Shown here piece after piece: positions 25,001 to 39,000 of a DNA stretch of 64,000 nt (positions within the stretch are counted from its first letter, which is position 1; each line of letters begins with the position of its first letter). A program made the position numbers and the translations under genes. A model generated the notes under the pieces. It had not been told where the DNA came from and ran no database searches. It saw only the letters and a list, made by a program, of their open reading frames with translations. Origin of the DNA: Phoronis australis (taxonomy: Eukaryota; Animalia; Phoronida); contig NMRA01000458.1 in the NCBI GenBank assembly GCA_002633005.1, positions 143,109 to 207,108 of the forward strand, in the 5' to 3' direction.

Positions 25001-28000
25001 GCAGGTGTGCTGATAATAGTATGAGTCCACTGCAGAGTGGCTTCAATATCAATTTTACCAAAAGAATGCTTAAGGTTTTGTAGGATGCTTGAAAATGTCC
25101 AATTTTGCCCAATTTTAGAGTTGTATCATATCTCGGAAATAGCTGGCCAAATTCACATGGAACTTTCAGGTTCTGTGCTTTATGCACAATTTCCAAAACA
25201 TTCTTGGAAATTGTTTTTAAAAATTTCCAATTTTTCTAAAAAGCATAGTCACATGACCTAATTTATGGCAGATTGGTGTAAAGTCATCTGTCAAATTTTA
25301 CAGAATTTCTACTGTCAGAAAATAATATATTATACTTTTGCTGATTTAAATTCTCTAGTTTTGCGGGTGTTTGGCTAAATGTACAAACTTGTTAATAGAT
25401 CCTGCGTAACATTTGAATTGTCAAAAATTCAGGATAGCGTTATCATTAATTCTAATTGGTTGGAATTACAGACTTCACTTGTCCCCAAATACAAACTTCT
25501 GTAGCAATCTTGATTATCAGCACAGATACAAACAAGTTTATGGTCAACTTGTTTGGACTTGAGCTGGTTGCTAGATTGCTACTGATTTAGTTGCTCATGA
25601 AGTTGTGTGGAAGGTATTGCTTGGAATATGTATTTGACTGTTAGAGTTAAGCAACTTACTCTCAATATCCAGCTAAAGCAGCAGAGGGTGTAAAACTCTT
25701 GAAGTGTGAGTTCTGTGGCAAAGTAGACAAGATGAACAAGTTTCGGCGGTCCATGCGGTTCTGCTCTGTCGGCTGTGCCAAGCGGTACAATGTCAACACA
25801 CGCCACAAGGGACTGAAAAAGGCCAAACAACTGACAGCTGCTTGTAAGTGTTTAACACCCCTACTGTATAAAAATTTCCAATTTTTATCTAGTGTTTATT
25901 TGTAAATGCTTGCAATTGGCATGTGTATTTGTCTTGGTTAATCTCTGTGTTACCTTAGCATCCAAAAAGTTCTCTTTGAAATACCCATGCTTGGTTATAC
26001 GTACACACCCAGTTCATACATTATTGGTGTCCTTGAAAACCCACTTCTTATGACTAACAAGCAGGAAATTGTTTGTATTCAGGCAATGTCTTGTTTGGCT
26101 TTTAAATGCATAGCAGCTGACATTATGCTAGAGTCTTGGTGTCATGTCAAGTCGATAGTTTATCTTCATGCATAGCTTAGTGCCTAAACTTGGATTTTAT
26201 GGTTTCTTGACTTAAACGTCCTGGGTGCCAACTGGGACTGGTATCATGGTAAAATTTGCATATTAATTTACATATGCTGACTTTTTAGACTGGTGAAAAG
26301 AACTATTGTTCAGTTGTTAGAAACTTGGAAATACTATGATTGACTGCGAGTCCTATTGTAGATTTTGCAACTATCGAACATGTTTTTCAGCTTCAATGGC
26401 TCGGAAAAAGAAACAAATGTTAATGAAACGAACGTGGACGCGAGGTCAAGGACGCAGAATGGCTGTGGCCCGGGTAAGTTGCTGATCGGAAAGCTTGCTG
26501 TGTTACATTTATTTATTTCCAGGTTAATAGACTTATGCAAAATGTTACCAAATTCTCCTTTCGTATGCTAAATGCAAAAGCATCTATTAGTGATTGTTCT
26601 AAAGAAATTTTGTGTAATTTGAAAATGACTGGGGATTTTGTAAATAAGAAGCTCTCTCAATCCAAAGTTAAGGCAACGTCATATCTCAGAAGTGGTTGGT
26701 CAGATTCATACGAAACTTTCAGATGCTATGCTCAATGCAGTGTTCTCCAAAACACTGGTGGGAATTGTTTTTAGAGTTAATCCGGTTTTGCATGAAATAG
26801 CGTTTTCAAGATTTTGGTAGTAAGAAAGATGCATAAAACGAAAAGAAGAACAAAATGATAAATTAGGAAACTGTTTTAGCATTTTTAGTTTTCATCTTGA
26901 ATGAAATTTGGTCAATGTGCTGAGATTGTACCTTTCCTTTTAAAAAACTTTGCTTAAACGACATGGTCACGTGACTCGATTATTGGTAGATTGGTCAAAA
27001 ATCAAAAGCTAAAAGCTTTTTGTTCTTGGAAAATGTATCCTTTTCTTTTAGAATAAATTCTACAGTTTTGTAGATGTTTGTCTGAATACACAGACTTGGT
27101 GATAAGGTCCTGCATAACCTTAAAGTGATCTTGTTACTTGTCATTGTGGTTGTAGCTCCCTCAAGTGGCTGACCAGGCAGATGATGAACGCAGTACAACA
27201 TCTAGTTCATCTTCGTCACATCCTGAGGGTGATGACAGGTCGACTATACCGTCACCACCGCAGGAAAGTCAGGAAGTGAAGAGGAACAATCCTGCCAAAT
27301 GGACGGTGTGTTGAACTGATTAAATAATTTTATTTCCATGAGGACTTGTTACCAATGTTCATGGGCATTGCTCAAGTTAAAAGTATTCATTGTTTATGAT
27401 TTTAAAGTTTCTTCAATTGTGCACAAAATTAATTGAAAAACTTTTAATTTTTTTGCGAACCTGTATTTATATGTGGGTGCATATTGCTGTCATCTGTGTC
27501 TGGGCGTCCGCGGCTGTGTCTCCTAAACCCATTGCAGTATTTGGCAGATGTGTTCCTGTGTGGCTGACAACAGATGACAATGAGTTTCGGACCGACCCAA
27601 ATACCATCGTGCCCCCTTGTGGCAATTTTTGTTTTTTTACTTCTGCCTTGGTATCTTCATAGTCCCTTGACGCATTTTCACTAAATTTGGCAAATAGCTT
27701 TTTAATATGGAGGCGAAGATGCCATTCCGTTTTCGTGTGGATTTGATGAATTTGTGGACATTTTTGTTTTTTACACTTGTTTTCTGGTGTCACCTCTATC
27801 TGCCATACCACTCAAAAGAGCATTATAAAAATTTACAGATGTGTTTCTGATCGGCCCTGTGATTTCCTGAGCCCGTAAATTCTTTGGCAAGGCTTGATGT
27901 GCAGCCAATACAAACTAAGATTTTGTATGGCGACCTAGTAAAAATCACAAATTGTCATAAGTTATCACACTCAGTCGGAGCACACCCTCAAAATACTGCA

Positions 28001-29036
28001 TGAAGTAAACAGTAAATCGTTCCGCAAAAATCGTAAGGTCCCATTTATCGGTCATGCATAGGTACACTTGTGTCTGCCAGAGGAAGTGAGCCTGCACAGT
28101 ACATTGGGTTTGAGAGGGGGACGTTGGTTGTTACTGAGCATGTCAGATAATTCTAATTTTCCATTCGAACGCCATCTGGGTGATCATGGGTGCACCGACG
28201 GACATGTGCCGAGTTTGCCAGGTTTTTCTCACCCAACTATGCATTGTTTGTGACTTGCCTTGTTTTGGCGACCTCAATTCCTCTTTCGCCACCTAAATGT
28301 CAAGGCCTAACTGAGTATTCTTTTTGGCAATAGAAACAACATCGTATCACGGTAAAGGAAATTCTCTAAAACACAAGTGGTCTTGTTTTGAATTTGATTT
28401 TTTTGACAGCGATAGTGCCTATAAATCCATGTTCTGTCAAAAAAGAGAAGTTCATTTTGACCTTTTACTTCATAGAATTGATCTCAACTTGTTCATTGCT
28501 CAGATTACAGGTGATTTCTGTGTGTGCAAAGAACTGACTGGTTGTTATTCGTTGAGACTGCTTGGCACACAAAGTGACACGCTGTGACGAGCCATCTTGT
28601 AGAGCCTGGTCTCTAGCAAAAAGGAACTCACTGTCTGTCAGTTCTTTTGAAACATTGAGATCCCCTTATTTGACTTAAGATTAATTTGAGACCAATTTCA
28701 ATAAAAAAATAGTCTAAATAAAAAGTTTTTGTGACGGAGTTTGTGTTTATATCTACTTTAAGACATAATAAGTTTGATTTGGGTTGTTTTGAAGTTGGCC
28801 GCATGGTTTGTATCATGAGTTCAATGTATTTGTGACAGGTGCAAGAAGTGTACGACTTTGTGAAAAGTATGGGTGGCTGTGAGCCGTATGCAGACCTGTT
28901 CAAGTCTCAGGAGATTGATGGACAGGCCTTGATGCTGTTGAAGGAGGATCATCTAATGTCTGCCATGAACATGAAGCTGGGCCCAGCGCTTAAGATCTGT
29001 GCGCGCATCAATAGTATGAAGACGGAAGCTAACTAG
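17387..29036 (+). CDS. ph: Polyhomeotic-like protein (PRC1 subunit; Q-rich, HD1, FCS zinc finger, SAM), 10 coding exons, 767 aa
   Basis: Coding exons: 17387-17696, 18392-18516, 21884-22246, 22469-22640, 23215-23840, 24289-24394, 25673-25843, 26391-26473, 27156-27305, 28839-29036. Introns are GT-AG, phases are consistent and the total is 2304 nt. HD1 KPQTLTHVIDGFVIEEGPLAFPV; FCS finger CEFCGK..RFCSVGCAKRYN; SAM NPAKWTVQEVYDFV..QEIDGQALMLLKEDHLMSAMNMKLGPALKI. Confidence 0.95.
19355..19509. repeat. 14-bp minisatellite (GGTTACTCAGAGTA) x~10.5
   Basis: Direct reading; ends in the palindrome GGTTACTC-AA-GAGTAACC. Confidence 0.95.
19672..19828. mobile_element. Short hAT-like MITE
   Basis: CAGTGTT / AACACTG ends; flanks CTCAAAAGT / CTCAAAGT resemble an 8-bp TSD. 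Confidence 0.5.
19921..20004 (-). mobile_element. LINE/SINE-type 3' tail stem-loop, second copy
   Basis: Minus strand GAGGGCCCTCTTGGAAAG..CTGAAGAGGCCACCCTC..AATAAATAAATAA. Confidence 0.45.
20777..20887. repeat. 13-bp minisatellite (TAATGACATCATG) x~8.5
   Basis: Direct reading. Confidence 0.95.
24674..25010. repeat. 22-bp minisatellite (GGTGTGATGATCACAGTGTGCT) x~12 plus degenerate copies
   Basis: Direct reading; decays at the 3' end. Confidence 0.95.
25070..25413. mobile_element. TTAA-flanked non-autonomous element (family with GGTTATGTAGGAT-like TIR)
   Basis: TTAAGGTTTTGTAGGAT ... ATCCTGCGTAAC. Internal similarity to 26669-27123, 41730-42185 and 56880-57252; an isolated terminus ATCCTACATAACCTTAA is at 5979. 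Confidence 0.5.
26669..27123. mobile_element. Same TTAA-flanked family
   Basis: GATTCATACGAAACTTTC core shared with 56952; ends GTCCTGCATAACCTTAA. Confidence 0.5.
27288..29036 (+). other. ph: SAM domain of Polyhomeotic (split across last two exons)
   Basis: NPAKWT|VQEVYDFV...EIDGQALMLL...MKLGPALKI, the Ph/Scm-type SAM signature. Confidence 0.92.
27450..27815 (+). mobile_element. Dispersed repeat with internal tandem units (Helitron/Helentron-type non-autonomous element, by architecture)
   Basis: GCATATTGCTGTCATCTGTGTCTGGGCGTCCG and GAGTTTCGGACCGACCC are shared in reverse complement with 40540-40716; also similar to 31243-31930. Confidence 0.55.
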
Positions 29037-29160
29037 ATGGGAGAGAGAGAAAGGGAGTAGGAATGAGGGAGAGGGAAGGGAGGCGGAGAGGTGGAGAGAG
29101 GGAGGGGAGGTAGAGGGGGAGAGAGGGAGGGGAGGTAGAGGGGGTAGAGGGAGAGAGAGA
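29037..29160 (+). repeat. Polypurine (GA/GGA/GGG) tract at start of ph 3'UTR
   Basis: ~120 nt almost entirely G/A, beginning right after the TAG. Confidence 0.9.
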
Positions 29161-31242
29161 TGGACTGCCCGGCCTTGATGCTGCCTAACAATTGTGTCAT
29201 ATACGCCATGAACATATAGCTTGCACTCTTGCTCTAGATTTGTGAACATATCAGCAGTTGGAAGAAGGCCCTCTGTGTATTGTCTGCACCCTGCACAAGG
29301 TGTCTCATGGTACAGCAGTATACAGTGTCTGTTACAGCAGCATGCAACAACTTGCTGTATGCTTGTCAGCAGTCAGTCTTGAAGATTGATTGTTAGAAGC
29401 TCACCTACCAATTATGTGAAACAATTTTTGCCATGGTTGATTTGTGTCGTATTGCATGATTTTCTTATCAAAGTGGTGAATTTAACTCTTTGATCACTGA
29501 TTGTCAGGCATCTGGTAAGAAATGACGTCCTTGACCTTGATGTCAAGATGGTCTTGGCATTTACTAATAGATGTTTATCGTTCTAAGTTAGTTAGTCAAT
29601 AGTGTGATTTAAACAATTCACAATTTTCGAAAATGTGCAATGATTTTAACAACTATGTCAAGCTTAGCGACTTGTACAATGGATGACAATCACTAAGCTG
29701 CAAGTTATGTCTGTTCTGATAACGACTCCTAAAACTTCCCTTCTGAACTGCTTATAACATGTCCCTGAAATGGCTTACTTGGTTATGGTAACAAAGTATT
29801 AGGACATTGGCATGGTGACAGTATTACTGTGTTAGAGATGTTGTTACAGGTATTAGGACAGTGTTAAATGTGTTCTGTACAATATGTTAGATGTTATTAC
29901 AATTAGTATTAGGATGTTTGTACAGTGAGGGTGTTATTGTGTCCTGTACAATCTGTGAGAGATGTTGTTCTTCAAATCCTTTTACCTCATTTAGCTGTTG
30001 TAGTCGCCGTGTATGAAGCAATTATCAACTCAGTTCCAAGGACATATATGCAGTACTTTAAAAACTAGGTTTTATTTTGGGTTCAATTTGAGGACCTGAA
30101 ACTTCTTGGAAAAAAGGGAAATTTTCTTATTGTATTATGGTCATTTTCATTCTGAATTGATTTTCATGACATTAATCGCCGTTGGTTTACAAGGTGTTGC
30201 CATTTGTTTCATAGTCACAGAATCAGCTTCAGCATTTTAGAAATCTAATTTTTGTTTGTCCAAAATTCATAAATTTTACTCTAATCAGTAACTGTGCAAC
30301 ACAGAATGGAGTTGTAACGTAATGCCACCTGTTGGCCAATTTTATAATACATGTAGTTTCACATGAATCTGATCTGTGGATTGTTGTTTGTATGGCGAGT
30401 ATTCTTCATGTATTGTTAGGTGTTGTGTGCTGTGACATGAGTTTAGTCACATGACCACAGAGACGTGGGAGGATGTGAATGCAAACAGATGCCAAACATA
30501 ACAATGTAATTAGGAGATTTGTAAGATTCATCCCATAAACAGAACTGTAAGGGGCATAGCTAGAATTTTCTGGAAAGTATGTACTACTCAGTATTACTGC
30601 TGTCGAATGCATGTGGTTGGGTGACGTTTGTCAGAGCATTAATGGTCAGGAATGGACTTACTTGCAGTCACAAACCTTGACATTCTGCCCAATTTTCCTA
30701 TGTACTCTTACATAGTAGCTAATGCTCCTTGTGTTAGGATGTCATCCAAGTAATTTGTTACCTTGTCCAATGGAGTACATGGTCCTCTACTGAAATGTCC
30801 ATATTTCATTTTCTCCTGGCAAATGATTGCAACTGTTAACACACTGCCAAAGATGCAGTCGATGTTGGGTTTAGAGACAAGATTTGTTGGTGCGTGTAAG
30901 GGAGCGTTCACATATTGCGTCATCCACTTTGGCACTTTTTACCATCCCCCCTCTGTCATCAGCCATCATCTTAATATAACCCCCCGTGCAGCCTCTAATT
31001 ATGTCATCCCAGCCAACCCCGTTTTTAAAAGAATCGACAGTTCGTTGGAGATTCCGTCTTTATGATTCTAATGACAAACTAATTCCGCTTTTTAATCATA
31101 AGTTGCATTTGCCGCTGTTGTGTTCAGCAATGAAATAAGGAATGCCGTTTCAATTGCCAAACCAAAAATAATGAATATTTGCATACCTAAGTGGGAGGAG
31201 TGAGGATTGGGTGGGTGAAAAAATGTTTTAATAAGGGCGGCC

Positions 31243-31930
31243 TTTTTACGCGCCCACAAATTTATACGTGGGTGAATGTGGCTGCAGTCTTTGTCTGGCA
31301 TCTGCTGCTGTATCTTGTAAATGCCTTGTAGATCTTAATGAGATTTGGCAGACGACCAATTTTGATCCAATCTGACTACCGCTCTGCCCCAAGTGGCAAT
31401 TTTAGTGTTATATGTTTTCCTGTGCGTCTTCCGAGTTCCTTGGTGGATTTTCATGAAATTTGACCAATAGGTTTTTATTAAGGAGGCGAGGACACCTTAC
31501 AATTTTCGTACGGACTTGAGGTATTTTGCACCACTTGGTGGCCATTATAATTTTTTCAGTATATTTGTGGCAGATTTGTTCCTGATAAAGACTGCAAATG
31601 ACATTGATTTTTGGACATGTTTTACTGCTCTGGCAACACCTAGTGGCAAACCGTTTTTTTTTCCACAGCTGTATCTCCGTTAACTCTGGAAGATCTTTTT
31701 GAAATTTGGCAGTTGTGTTCTTATGGAGATGGCAACAGATGACAAGTTTCAGACCAATCCGACTACAGCTTTGCCCACTAGTACATGGCAATTTTATATT
31801 TTTTATTTCCTTTGCCTCTGATATTTGAGTTATGTGTGGATTTTCGTGAAATTTGACGTATAGAGAAGACAATGCCTTTTCATTGTTGGGCGGATTCGAC
31901 ATATTCTGCGACACCTACTGGCCATTTTTG
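31243..31930 (+). mobile_element. Same dispersed repeat family, about two internal units, between the ph and MDN1 3' ends
   Basis: Starts TTTTTACGCGCCCAC; CCAATC(T/C)GACTAC(C/A)GCT..GCCC..TGGCAATTTTA recurs at 31367 and 31753. Confidence 0.55.
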
Positions 31931-32378
31931 TTATTTGGAGTCAGTTTTTGGCGACCACCTCTTTATCCGCTAAACTGCTCAAAGGATGTGTTAGGAAAAT
32001 AACATGATTGTATTAATTTGAATAATAACTTGTCGACATTTAAAATTATATCTAGGCAAACTCTCGACAATGAAAACATAAAAGTTATTGCAATTATTGA
32101 GAACTTTTAAAATGCCTGCCTTATGCTAGTCACATTATATTGTCATAGCAACTAATTTCCAAGTTTCGTAATCCCTCGACTGGATGTCAAAACACTGCAT
32201 CATTTGTCAATTAAAGTTAGGCAGTTGTCAGTACTAGGGAGTCGCTGATAAAGTGTTGAGACAGCACATTTACTATGCTCTCCTTCTACATGACACTGTC
32301 ATATTAAGAGTTGTGAAAAGGTCACACTTGACAGTTGTCAAAATTATGACCACAAATACAAATTACAAGAGGACTGCT

Positions 32379-32384
32379 TTTATT
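32379..32384 (-). terminator. Candidate polyadenylation signal of MDN1
   Basis: AATAAA on the minus strand ~650 nt after the stop, followed by a GU-rich element (TTGTAATTTGTATTTGTGG). Confidence 0.5.
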
Positions 32385-33033
32385 TATGACATTATCTTAC
32401 AAATTTGAAAGCATACTTTAATTTAAGAAGTACAAGTCATTGAAATTTAAACATAGTCAATTTCCTCCTTTATTGTGTGCCTTACAACAAGGCAATGGAA
32501 GAAAAAGACCTGTCGCATGAATTTCAGATATTTTGAAAAACCTTATTCAATTAGTCTTTGATAAAGGCTGTAAAAGTTAGTTGTTAAGTTCCAACCAAAC
32601 TTCAAAGACCTAAACACAGTCAGTTGTGGAAATTTCTGGCTTGTTGCATACAGGCTTGTGACCACATTATGTAAGTCAATGTAACAAGAATAACAATTAC
32701 CAACTTAAATTTCTTTTCTGCTAAACTATCATAATGAGCAACAGCGGTAAGTGACATGTTCTTCACTTCTACTACCTGAAGTCGAGTTATAACCTGGCTA
32801 GCTACATTGGAATACTATTATTCCACAGAGTGAAAGCACAAAATGGTGGTCCTCACATATGAGAATTCTTCAATTCACCGAGGTCTGCTCCTTCATAAAC
32901 TGGACTAACTGGTACGATGAACCTCATAGTGACGCTTCTGCTTGTGCTGGTGTAAGTCGTTCAGGTGACTTGCAGGTTAACATCGTACAATTCGGCCAAA
33001 CCTGTTCAAATAATCCTTAACAGACACTAGTTC

Positions 33034-36000
33034 CTAATCACCAGCTGTAACCAGTTCAAACCACTGTCTTAATGCATCACTCAGAGTCTGCGGCAGCGAA
33101 TTGATGTTACGTAGAATTATGTAAAACGGAAAGGGAAAGTGTTCCATGTACGATGTTATCTCGGGCATCTGAAAATACAAAATTATTAGTCTAATGTCAT
33201 TTGCACCTCGACTTAACAGACTTTATACGAGAACTAACGTGATGGCTGTTACTGGCTCAGCTGGTAACATGTGAATAAAGACGCTTGGTACAGGTTTTCC
33301 GTTTATAGACCATATCAAACTTTTAGGAGAATGTCCAGTTACAGTTACAGCTGGGGAAAAGTGATATCTTCTGTATATGTTAATTCACATACGGTCTGTT
33401 CTACTTGCCCAATGGTCAACCCAATCAATAAATATTTTACGATAATGCAGAAACATGAACAAGAATGCTGGAACCAGCTGAAAGTTTACAGCAAAGTCTC
33501 ATTTGTGAGGGTACTTATTGTGTGATGTTTAATGAATCTATGAAAATGGGAATGCCTGTTGATGTGATGAGGTAGCTAATACAATTTACAAATATTCTGT
33601 GGAACGTGCGACGCCTAGATAATTAGAGGATGTCTGGGAGACGATGACGGACATCCGTCACTGGTTCAATAAAAATGCATGAACTATGCTGTATACATAA
33701 AGTGCAAAAAAGAACATGCTGGATAGTTCAAGTAAAAATATAACCACGCTATGGCAAAAACGTGTTCCATTTTGAACTGAACAGCGTTATAATGGATCTT
33801 ACTGTAAGCTAAGTTTACAAATCAAATTGTATACAGTGCAGTTGGCTTAGGACTTGACGAATGGAATGTTGTGTGGAACCAAACGTTATAAACCAAGTTA
33901 ATTGTAATATTTACTGCACTAGAAAATGTTTGGGGACCATTCACCCACAGTTTACCCCCTCCCCGTTTTGTCATCACCGCTTAACACCACTAACTGTGTC
34001 CCCAGAGCCAACCTCCCACTATTCACACAAATCCGTTGCTTAATTTTCTATTTTGAGGACAAAAAACACAATCGTACAGGTTAACCTATACGAATATTTC
34101 TTTTCAATGGTGCAATCAAACTAATAGCCTCCAAAAATGAAGAATACGCAGCATACACACTGTGTGTGCGTGACATCAAATTTACAGCATCGGGAGTGTA
34201 AGGTGTGAACTTAAGGAACATTTCAACTCGAAAGTACATCAGCAGAATGTAAGCCAAAGGCAAAATCAGCCACTGAGGACAGTATTTGAAAGATTGAAAA
34301 CTGATATGCCAACAACTGTTTTGAAGGCCGAAGTCATGTTGTGTAACTTCATGCGTTGCAATCCAGTTTAGAGGTCTTATGGATTTTTTTCTTTAAATTT
34401 GGATTGTTTACAGATGATACAGGTGGGAACCCAAGAGGGTTGACATGTATGACAAGTTGACATGTAACTGAAAAGAGAGACAACTTCGATTCAAAGGTAA
34501 AACTGCTTTTATATGGCCAGGCAGTTATTTGCATGATTGGGCATAACACAGTCATGTTTTCTATTTCTATTGCACAATTTGGGAAATTCAACTTAAAACT
34601 ATTTATAACAACCGATAACATAACCAGACCCCCTCCATGTCATCAATCATCATTTTTCAAAACCCTCCCTCCAGTGATGAAGTGATATGTGAACACTCCC
34701 TTGGCTCAATAAACAAGAAACACTCACTTGGCCAGCATGCTTGAAAACTGGAACCCTAATGTCCAGAATAGAATCCTGAAATGATACGAGACGATAAATA
34801 TGAAATATGCAGATGCAAAAGTAGAATTGTGAAATATAAACGAGGTTGCAACGGAAAGGAAACTATAATATCGCAAATCCTCAGTCGCAAAATGTAGTTC
34901 AGTGAACAACTTATAGTTTTTAAGAGGAACTAAAATCTTGCACAATACTCGCATATCTGGCTTACACCTACACTGGCTTGAGACCTTGCTTATTGTACTT
35001 AGAGTGCTATACCTGGCTCTGACAGTCTTGCCTACAGACCATACTACTGGCTTGAGACCTTGCTTATTGTACTTAGAGTGCTATACCTGGCTCTGACAGT
35101 CTTGCCTACAGACCATACTACACATTGAACTTGCCCAAGATAATCAAACATAATTCAGTCCACCTTCATCTGTGGGTAATGATCTGACAACAGTTACTAC
35201 AAATCCAAGTGCAATCTTGTAAGCCACTGTAGCAGTCAAACTACTGACCTTTGAACCTAACCCTGGACTTGGGTCAGTGCAGTTTGCAAGATGACAAATT
35301 CTGGTAAATGCACAAAAAATAACATTTGACTTTTTACTTATAAGCACTCTTAAGGTCCTGTTTCGAGCCACACTTGCTTCAATGCACACGTCTTGTTATT
35401 CTATTCTGACTGACTATAATTATTGTTCATGAAGTGAAAACAGCCTCTATTTAACCACCCTGTCAGTTAACGACTCATCATTCCAGCTACTGCAATGGCG
35501 AACTAGGCTAGCACTCAGCTGTCACAGCAGGGAATTACAGCTTCGCTCAGCTGACACGAAAGGGGACTCCGTATTGGTTTGTTGTAAATGTATGCTAGAG
35601 TCTGTCACTATTCCTCATAGTCAGCTTATGTTTGTTGTAAATGTATGCTAGAGTCTGTCACTATTCCTCATATACTTAGACTTACAACCACCTTTACATA
35701 CCTTGCTTTCAGGGTTATCAATAATGACAAAGACTAGAAATACGTTGGCTTCTCTGGCCATGCGTACAGCAGAGCGCACCGTGTCCATTCCTTCCAGAAA
35801 GAGACCGCGCCCATCAGACACTATAAGTAGTAGTTGTGATGTCTGTACACTAGATGTTCCAGTCTGGCGAGATTTAGCTTCTAACATCAGTTTAATTGCT
35901 TCTTGTAATAGCTACGGAGGAAAAGAAAAATTTTGTTTTTCACAAAGCTCAACCACAGATGGTTGGGTAGATTGAATTTTATCAAGGCTGTTCTAGGAAA

Positions 36001-39000
36001 GTTCATATGGGAGGAAAGGAAGGAAATTGAGCAATGTGAGTGGTTGTGATCAGAACAATTAAAAAGCTGTTGTTTTTGAAAAAAATGAAATATAATAGGT
36101 CATTAATTAACTGTGAATATGTCGCCGTGGGCATTATGACCAGTTCCATGCAACTGCGCACCAAACCAGATTGTTGTGCATTATCTGTAACAAACTGCGT
36201 TTGCTGTACAATAGGTTGATTTGGGCTTCTGCTCATAATGGCCCACTCCAACCAGAGCCTTTAATGACCTAATGACCTAAATACCCCTGAAGTGAGTACC
36301 AGTTTATGAATAAGGGAGTGCAAATATTTTTGAGATGTGCATATCAGAGTATTCAGAATTTCTGCATCATCTTTACTCCAAGTAGCATATTACTGTTTAT
36401 ATTATAGTTAAATACTAAACATAAAATCATAAAAGCTCAGAACCAATAAAACCATTTACAAACTTAGTAGTTTTTTTAGGTAACCAGTGAAAGTTACAGG
36501 TGATTGCATTCCAGAGTAGTTTACAATTATGGTAAGCAGGTTAGGTAAACAATACCACAGTGCAAATGTTACAAGATCTTCCTAGTTCCGCAGTCAGCTT
36601 GAAGAAGAAAAAGGCAAATGTCATAATTGTGATGACACATCAGTATGTTTTGAAAACACATTTTGTGCAAAAATTTGAAAGGAATCACTTCTCAGCTTGC
36701 CCTATCGAAGTTGTACTCAAACAACCCATAATACAAAGTCAACATACTAGTGCAATCTTGGTTTTCTTTTGTTCAAACGTGAACTGATGTAAAACCTTGG
36801 CTCCTGATTGCCCTGTGAATGGTTCACTGAATGGATGCAGCAGTTGGACATGTTCACCAAAACTGAAAAGAGGAAAAAGAAGGATGTACTATGTTAAATT
36901 GAAGGTTGAAGAACGCTTATTGGTTGTATCGCCAAATCAAACTGGCATATCCATGACCAATTTCCAAACTGCCTTAAAAGTTTCAAAAAGATCTAACTTG
37001 TTGCTAAGTCAACCCCACACAAAACATGAAGACGCACAGCATCATAACTCAGAGAACAAACTATAATCACATTTCCAACCTCCATATCTCCAAGGCCCTC
37101 TGGCCCTTAAGGGGAAAGGTACCTGTGAGTCCTCATTGAAGATTTTTTCTAATTATGATTTTTCTTACCTACAAATGGACAGTTCCCCAGCTTCCAGTAA
37201 AGTGAGAGCATTAGCAATGACTGCTAGAGACTCAAATGCCAGCTGGAACAAAAGAGAAGATTTAAAAACTCCGTACTTATATATAAGTAGTCAGAGAAAT
37301 TTCTTTTAATGTTTCTTTAAACAAACTCACTAGATGATGAGACCAATGTTATGGTCACACACTACAGCACAAACTGATAGGGATGGATGCCACAAGATCA
37401 ACGGGACTGTTGTTTCAAAACATTTTGTTTCTACCATAAAAATTCTTTTGTCAGGTTGAAAATATAATGTTTTTGGTGGCGCATAAAATAAATATATGGT
37501 CTGTTATTGAAAGTACAAAGTTAACAAACTTATTCTCGATTGGTCCAGTTAATTTAATTTTCGGCAGCCACTGCCCAGGTCATTCACATAGGATCTAGTA
37601 CTGTCCACACTTTAACGCAGTATCAGCTACAGAACACGAACCTGCTTTGAGTGATTGTCAGCCATACTTGATGAGTCATCCACAGCTACCATGATTTGAT
37701 ATTGCCTCTTGCTGGGTTTGGTACGTCGCAGCCATATTTTGTCTTTGCGGAACTGACTGGCAATGTACGGGATAACTTTACGCATGTTTAGTCGCTTCCC
37801 TGTTCTGTAATCTCCTCTAAAAACAGAGAGTTCCATTAGTAAGTAATAACTCATTTGACTTAATTGGAAACGTAGCGGATGGTTATTGTGACCTGGTGAG
37901 AACTTGCCTCACTTTAGGCCACTTAAATGTAGTGGATGGTTATTGTGACCTGGTGAGAGCCTGCCTCACTTTAGGCCACTTAAATGTAGCGGATGGTTAT
38001 TGTGACCTGGTGAGAGCCTGCCTCACTTTAGGCCACTTAAATGTAGCGGATGGTTATTGTGACCTGATGAGAGCCTGCCTCACTTTAGGCCACTTAAGTG
38101 TAATAAAACTGGTCTCAACTTGCTCATTTTTGGGCTTTGGAAGAAGAGACGATTCACTATTGGTTCAGACTAGGCTCAATATGGTTGCTTGACCAGGCAA
38201 AGCAACAAAGAACTGACAATTCTTCCAAAGCAACAACAAACTGACAGTTCTTCCAAAGCAATAACAAACTGACAGTTCTTACAAAGCAACAACAAACTGA
38301 CAGTTCTTCCAAAGCAATAACAAACTGAAAGTTTTTCCAAAGCAACAACAAAATGACATTTCTTAAAAAACAACAACAAAAATACAGTTCTTCCAAAGCA
38401 GTAACAAACTGACAGTTCTTCCAAAGCAACAACAAACTGACAGTTGTTCCAAAGCAACAACAAACTGACAGTTGTTCCAAAGCAATAACAAACTGACAGT
38501 TCTTCAAAAGCAATAACAAACTGACAGTTGTTCCAAAGCAATAACAAACTGACAGTTCTTCCAAAGCAATAACAAATGGACAGTTCTTCTGAAGCTGAGA
38601 AATCATTTCCAGTATGAGTAAGAAACAAGTTTGCACCAGTTTTTATAGTTAGTAGTAAGCACCTATAATCAAAAGTAATTTTTTACAGACAACAGAACTA
38701 AAGTAGCCTCAACATTTAAAAATGACAATATTTATAAGAACCTTACTTTCACTTCATGTCTTGATATTGTATATTTCCATTGTGTAAGGATGACAAGAAA
38801 AATTGCTCAAAAGAAAAGCAACAAACTACTCCAACTATATGAAATACGTTAGCAATTTGACCTACTTCAGTTTGGTTGCTTGTGAGGGTTCCAGCACCAG
38901 TCGCAGCTGTTCACACAACTCCTGCGACAGACCCAATGTCACAGCTTCATATTTGTGCCACGTGGACTCTGCCTCCTGCGTCTGGAGGAAATATATATCA

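Larger units (their letters stand above)
33034..37816 (-). other. MDN1: MIDAS/VWA domain exons of Midasin
   Basis: AVDDSSSM (DxSxS motif) in exon 37642-37816; LLIVSDGRG in exon 35702-35911. Confidence 0.9.

Noticed and set aside
31408-31914. 168-aa ORF between ph and MDN1
   Set aside because: Lies wholly within a dispersed repeat; no domain signature.
38157-38636. Cys-rich 150-159 aa ORFs (also 37896-38192 and 44821-45144)
   Set aside because: Translations of intronic minisatellites; periodic peptides with no domain features.
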